Both the position numbers and the translations under genes were made by a program. A stretch of DNA of 64,000 nt from an uncultured Gemmataceae bacterium (GTDB lineage Bacteria > Planctomycetota > Planctomycetia > Gemmatales > Gemmataceae), in the NCBI GenBank assembly GCA_963750165.1, contig CAVVPN010000003.1, positions 1,632,001 through 1,696,000 on the forward strand, in the 5' to 3' direction. The notes below the pieces were generated by a model that had not been told where the DNA came from, did not search any database, and was given only the letters and a program-made list of their open reading frames with translations. Numbering within the stretch: the stretch's first letter is position 1; each line of letters starts with the position of its first letter. Below are positions 60,401-64,000 of the stretch, one piece after another.

Positions 60401-63400
60401 ACATTCTGGAACGTGCCGAAGGGCAGCGAATACGTCTTGCCGGTCACCACGTTGTAGACCTCATCGTCGGGCAGGTCGGTCGCCGGTTGGCCGTCGATCA
60501 GCAGGGTGACCTTGGCCGTGTGATCGACCGAGAACGAAAAGGCCCCGCCCGTGGTGGTAACGGTGCCATTGACCGCATCCACCCGGGTAGTGATGGTCAC
60601 CTTGGTCAGCTTCTTGATGTTCACGCCGGGGTCGATGACCGGGCCGCCCACGGCCTCGGCCGCCAGTTCGGGTTCTTCAGCCGGGGCCGCCTGGATGGCC
60701 GCGGTGGGCTGCAAAATGTAAACGTGTGGCACCAGGCCGTGCATGACGGCGATGCCGCCCGGTCGGCCGCCGGTGGCGATGGGGGCGCGGGACTGGTCGT
60801 AGACGCTGAACGCGAGGGTGTTTGGGTCAGCAATCGGCGCGCCGTAATTGTCCGGGTTGGAGGACGAGAAGGAGTAGTTGGCCCGGTAGTCGGCCTGCAC
60901 GTCGATGGCGGCGTTGGGATTGCGCTGGCCCATCGTGTTGTTGGGGCTGATGGTGCCCATGTCGTCCAGCGGCAGGTCGTCGATCGGCAGCAGGGTCATG
61001 AAGCCGTAGACGAGGCCCTCCGCCTGTTCCGCGGCCTGCTGCTGCGCGATCAGCGTGAGCATCGCCTGGACGTCGAAGACGAAGACGCCGCCCTCCTGCG
61101 GCGTCGGGGTGGTGCCGGGGAGAGCCCCAAAAGCGGTGCCCAGGACGGGGACCGTCTGGTAGCTGACGTAGAGGTAATTGCCGTCGGCCGACAGGGTCAG
61201 GTCCGTGGGGTAGCCGTAGGGGATCGGCCGTGTCGCCGCGATCAGTTTCGGACTGCCGTGCAGGCCGAGCGGGTCCTGGATGATGCCGACGTTGCCGTCC
61301 TCGAACAGCGGGTTGGAGGTCTGGTCGAGGTAGCCGCTGATGCCGCCCGAGACCAGGTTGCCGAAGTCATCGGTGCCGCCGCCGAAGGTGGTCGGCACCA
61401 CGTCGGCGCGGCCGGCGATGAAGGCGTAGGAGTCGTCGGCCGTGAAGACGATGCCGCTGGCGTTGTGCACCTGCAGCCGGTCGTCCTGCGATACGCCGTT
61501 GACGTAATTCAGGTTCAGGGAAATCGGCGTCTTCGTGTTGTTGTTCGGGTTATCGACCTCGACGCCGTAGCTGTCCGTCTGGGCGTTGGTGAAGGCGACG
61601 ACGTCCTGGGGCGGCGTGCCCGACTGGTTCTGCTGGGCCTGCTGGTCCGGCGGCGTCGGCGCCACGGCCACGCCGTAGGTCTGCATGCTGCCGGGGACCG
61701 CCTCGATCTGGGACACCTGTGGCGGCGTGCCCTTGGGCTGGGTCGGGTCGTTCTTCAAAACGATCTCGACCAGGTTGCCGTTGATCAGGTCGAAGTTGCG
61801 GCCGGAGTTGGGGTCGCCGTTCTCGTTCGGGGCCGTGACGTAGAGGTGCAGGTCGTCGGAGCCGATGACCACCTTCCGCAACCCGGTGGGCGCGAGCAGC
61901 GCGTCCGGGCTGAAAGTCCCGTCCGCGTTCTCGATGCCGGCGCTGGCGAGTGCCGCGTCGGGGTTCACCTGCCGCACGATCTGGATGGTGTTGACGACCT
62001 GGTTGTACGTCGGCGAGGCTGGGTCGATGTCGATGACGTAGACGTTGGACGCCAGGTCGCCGGCGTCGAAGCCCTGGCCAGTCGTGGAGTGCTGGCCGCC
62101 GGCGATGACCGGCCGCGAGTCGGCGACGTAGGCGTACTTCCCGGCAGAGTCGATGGCGATGCCGTAAGGCTCGGCGCCGATGGGCAGGTCGATCTCCTTG
62201 CTGCTCGGGTTGGCGTTGATGCCGATGCCCACCTCGTCGATGACGGTGCCGTTGCCATCCGGCGCGTCCGGCGCGAGAGCCGCAGCCGGTAGAACCCGTT
62301 TTTCAGGTCGGCGTAGGCGGTCGGGTCGAAGCTGTCCAGGACGACCGTGTCCGCCGTGCCGGTGCCGGACGCCAGGTGCTGGACGAGGCTCCACGTTGGC
62401 GTCCAGGCCCCCAGGTCCAGCGTCCAGTCGCCGTCCGTGACGATACCGCGGATGTCGAACGGGCCGGTGATCGTCTTGAGACGCAGGGCGGGGTCCAGGC
62501 CGCCGCCGTTGCCCGACACCGGCACGGGCGTCGTCTCATCCTGGGCCGGTGGCGGACTGTTGCCGTTGACGTTGATCTCCTGCAGCGACAGGGTGTCCAC
62601 GACCGCCACCTGGCCGGAGCCGCGCAGGGTGACATAGGCGCGCGTGTTGTCCGGGGTGACGGCCACGTCGCGCGGCAGTGGGAAATCGGAAGGATCGCCC
62701 AGCGGGATCTGGGCGATTTCCTTGTTGAAGGAATCGGGAGTGTCGTTGGTGCCGTCGTGGGTGGAGTCGCCATCGATCACGGCCAGGGCGCCGTCGATGC
62801 CGGTGACCTGGTTGCCGGTGTAGTCATACTGCAGTTCCGGCAGGGCGACGAAGACATACTGTCCGCTCGGGTTGAGCTTGACGGCGTTGCCGGTGATCGG
62901 CGCCGGCTGACCCATGGTGGGAGCGTTGCCCTGGCCGTAGGGCGGCGACACGTTGGCCGTGTCGGTGCGCGTGACGCTGATCTCGGCCGTCCCGACAGCC
63001 AGGGTTGTGGGCGCCGGCACGTGGATGTCCATGGCCCCGGGCGCGACGGCGTCGTTGGGGCCGGGGGCGGTGAGGGTGAGGCCCTGGAGGACGCCCTCGG
63101 TGACGGTCAGGCCGTTCGCCGCGGTGAAGGTGACGGACAGGTTGTTCGGGTTGTCGCCCGTGCCGGTGGCGGTCACGACCACATCCGGTTGGAGACCGTT
63201 CGAGGTCGTGGACGGCTCGAAGTTGATCTGGGCCTCGACGATCTGCGGCCCCGGAGCCTGTGCGGCCACCTGGGTCGGGTCGAGGGTGATGGAAAACTTC
63301 GTGACCTGGTTCGCGTTGATCTGGACGTTGTTGACGGTCACGTCGGGCAGGCCGAACTTCGGGATGCGCTCGACCACGACGGGCACCGGGTCGCCGCCGT

Positions 63401-64000
63401 TGGTGGGCGTGGTCATGGAGATCAGGCCGGTGTTGGCGTCGATGATGGAGCCCAGGGTGACGCCGAAGACATCCGTCGTGTAGAGGTCCACGGCTTCCAC
63501 CGACGTGAGCACGTTCTGGATTTCGGCCTGGATGGCCTGCTGAGTCTGGCCCGTGGCCTGGCCGATCTGGTCGATGTCGGCCGCCAACTCCAGTTCGCCG
63601 AGGTCGTTGGCATTGCCACTCACGACCAGGAGCAGGTCCGATTCGTCGATACCGGGATACGGCGGCGAGGCGGTGTGGGCCAGGCCGTCAGCGCCGACCA
63701 CGCCGTCGTCGGTCTCCCACCAGATGGGCATGAGGTTGCCGCTGGCGTCCGGGACCTGGCCGGCGCAGGAATAACACCGGGGTGCCGACAGCGAGGCCCG
63801 GCGCCGGGATCGCCATCTGCACGGGGACGTTGAGCGGGTTGGAGCCGAGGTTGAGTTGGTAGGCGGCGAGGAAGTTGAAGCCCTGCGGAACGCCCTGGGG
63901 CAGACTGGACTGCGCCACCGGGGTGATGCTGACGGTCGTGGGCTGGGTCAGGTCGTTCGGCGCCACCGCCACCAGCGAACCGTCGCTACCCTCCACCACG
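48401..64000 (-). CDS. Giant (>5,000 aa) RHS/YD-repeat adhesin-toxin; 5' end outside the window; frameshifts near 63770, 62280 and 50846
   Basis: YVTN-like propeller, DUF6531-like segment, long YD repeats, RHS core FTGQ..D..TGL.YFGARYYDP..G.FIT.D...YVSANPLSYTDPTG, internal toxin-like domain, HEVGH and HEAGH, Ig/cadherin repeats. Confidence 0.85.
50335..51165 (-). repeat. Three near-identical 282-bp cadherin-like domain repeats
   Basis: Marker GTGACTGAGGCTGAC at 50435, 50717 and 50998. Confidence 0.9.

Noticed and set aside
1..64000. tRNA or rRNA genes, integrase or autonomous transposase
   Set aside because: None recognised by eye; a covariance-model scan would be needed to exclude small RNAs

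Overview
High-GC bacterial DNA with a strong Planctomycetota signature, most likely Gemmataceae-like: four DUF1559 prepilin-type genes, a PSD1/planctomycete cytochrome c protein, Zn-ribbon signal peptidases and a PEP-CTERM protein. Housekeeping genes include rplM-rpsI, rpsB-tsf, truD, lpdA with an E2 subunit, clpS and an LptD-like gene. About a dozen single-base frameshifts, some in genes expected to be needed, suggest indel errors in the assembly. Main observations: (1) a >5,000-aa RHS/adhesin in which a CdiA-CT-like nuclease cassette lies internally, after the RHS DPxG site and before about 1,400 aa of metalloprotease/cadherin modules, with no immunity gene; the next gene is a PEP-CTERM protein paralogous to one of its domains; (2) an apparently naturally split signal peptidase I, with the catalytic Ser on a membrane subunit and the catalytic Lys on a lipoprotein; (3) a near-consensus NikR operator in front of a DUF1559 gene, tying this family to nickel acquisition; (4) a ybgC-tolQ-tolR-like module followed by a membrane-anchored GTPase; (5) MITE-like elements carrying REP doublets, one of them interrupting an HNH gene; (6) an Rpn-like nuclease with an internal RBS/ATG; (7) a candidate sRNA; (8) recurrent 16-bp promoter spacers and seven inverted short-tandem-repeat elements. 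Family assignments come from motif recognition only; no database searches were run.
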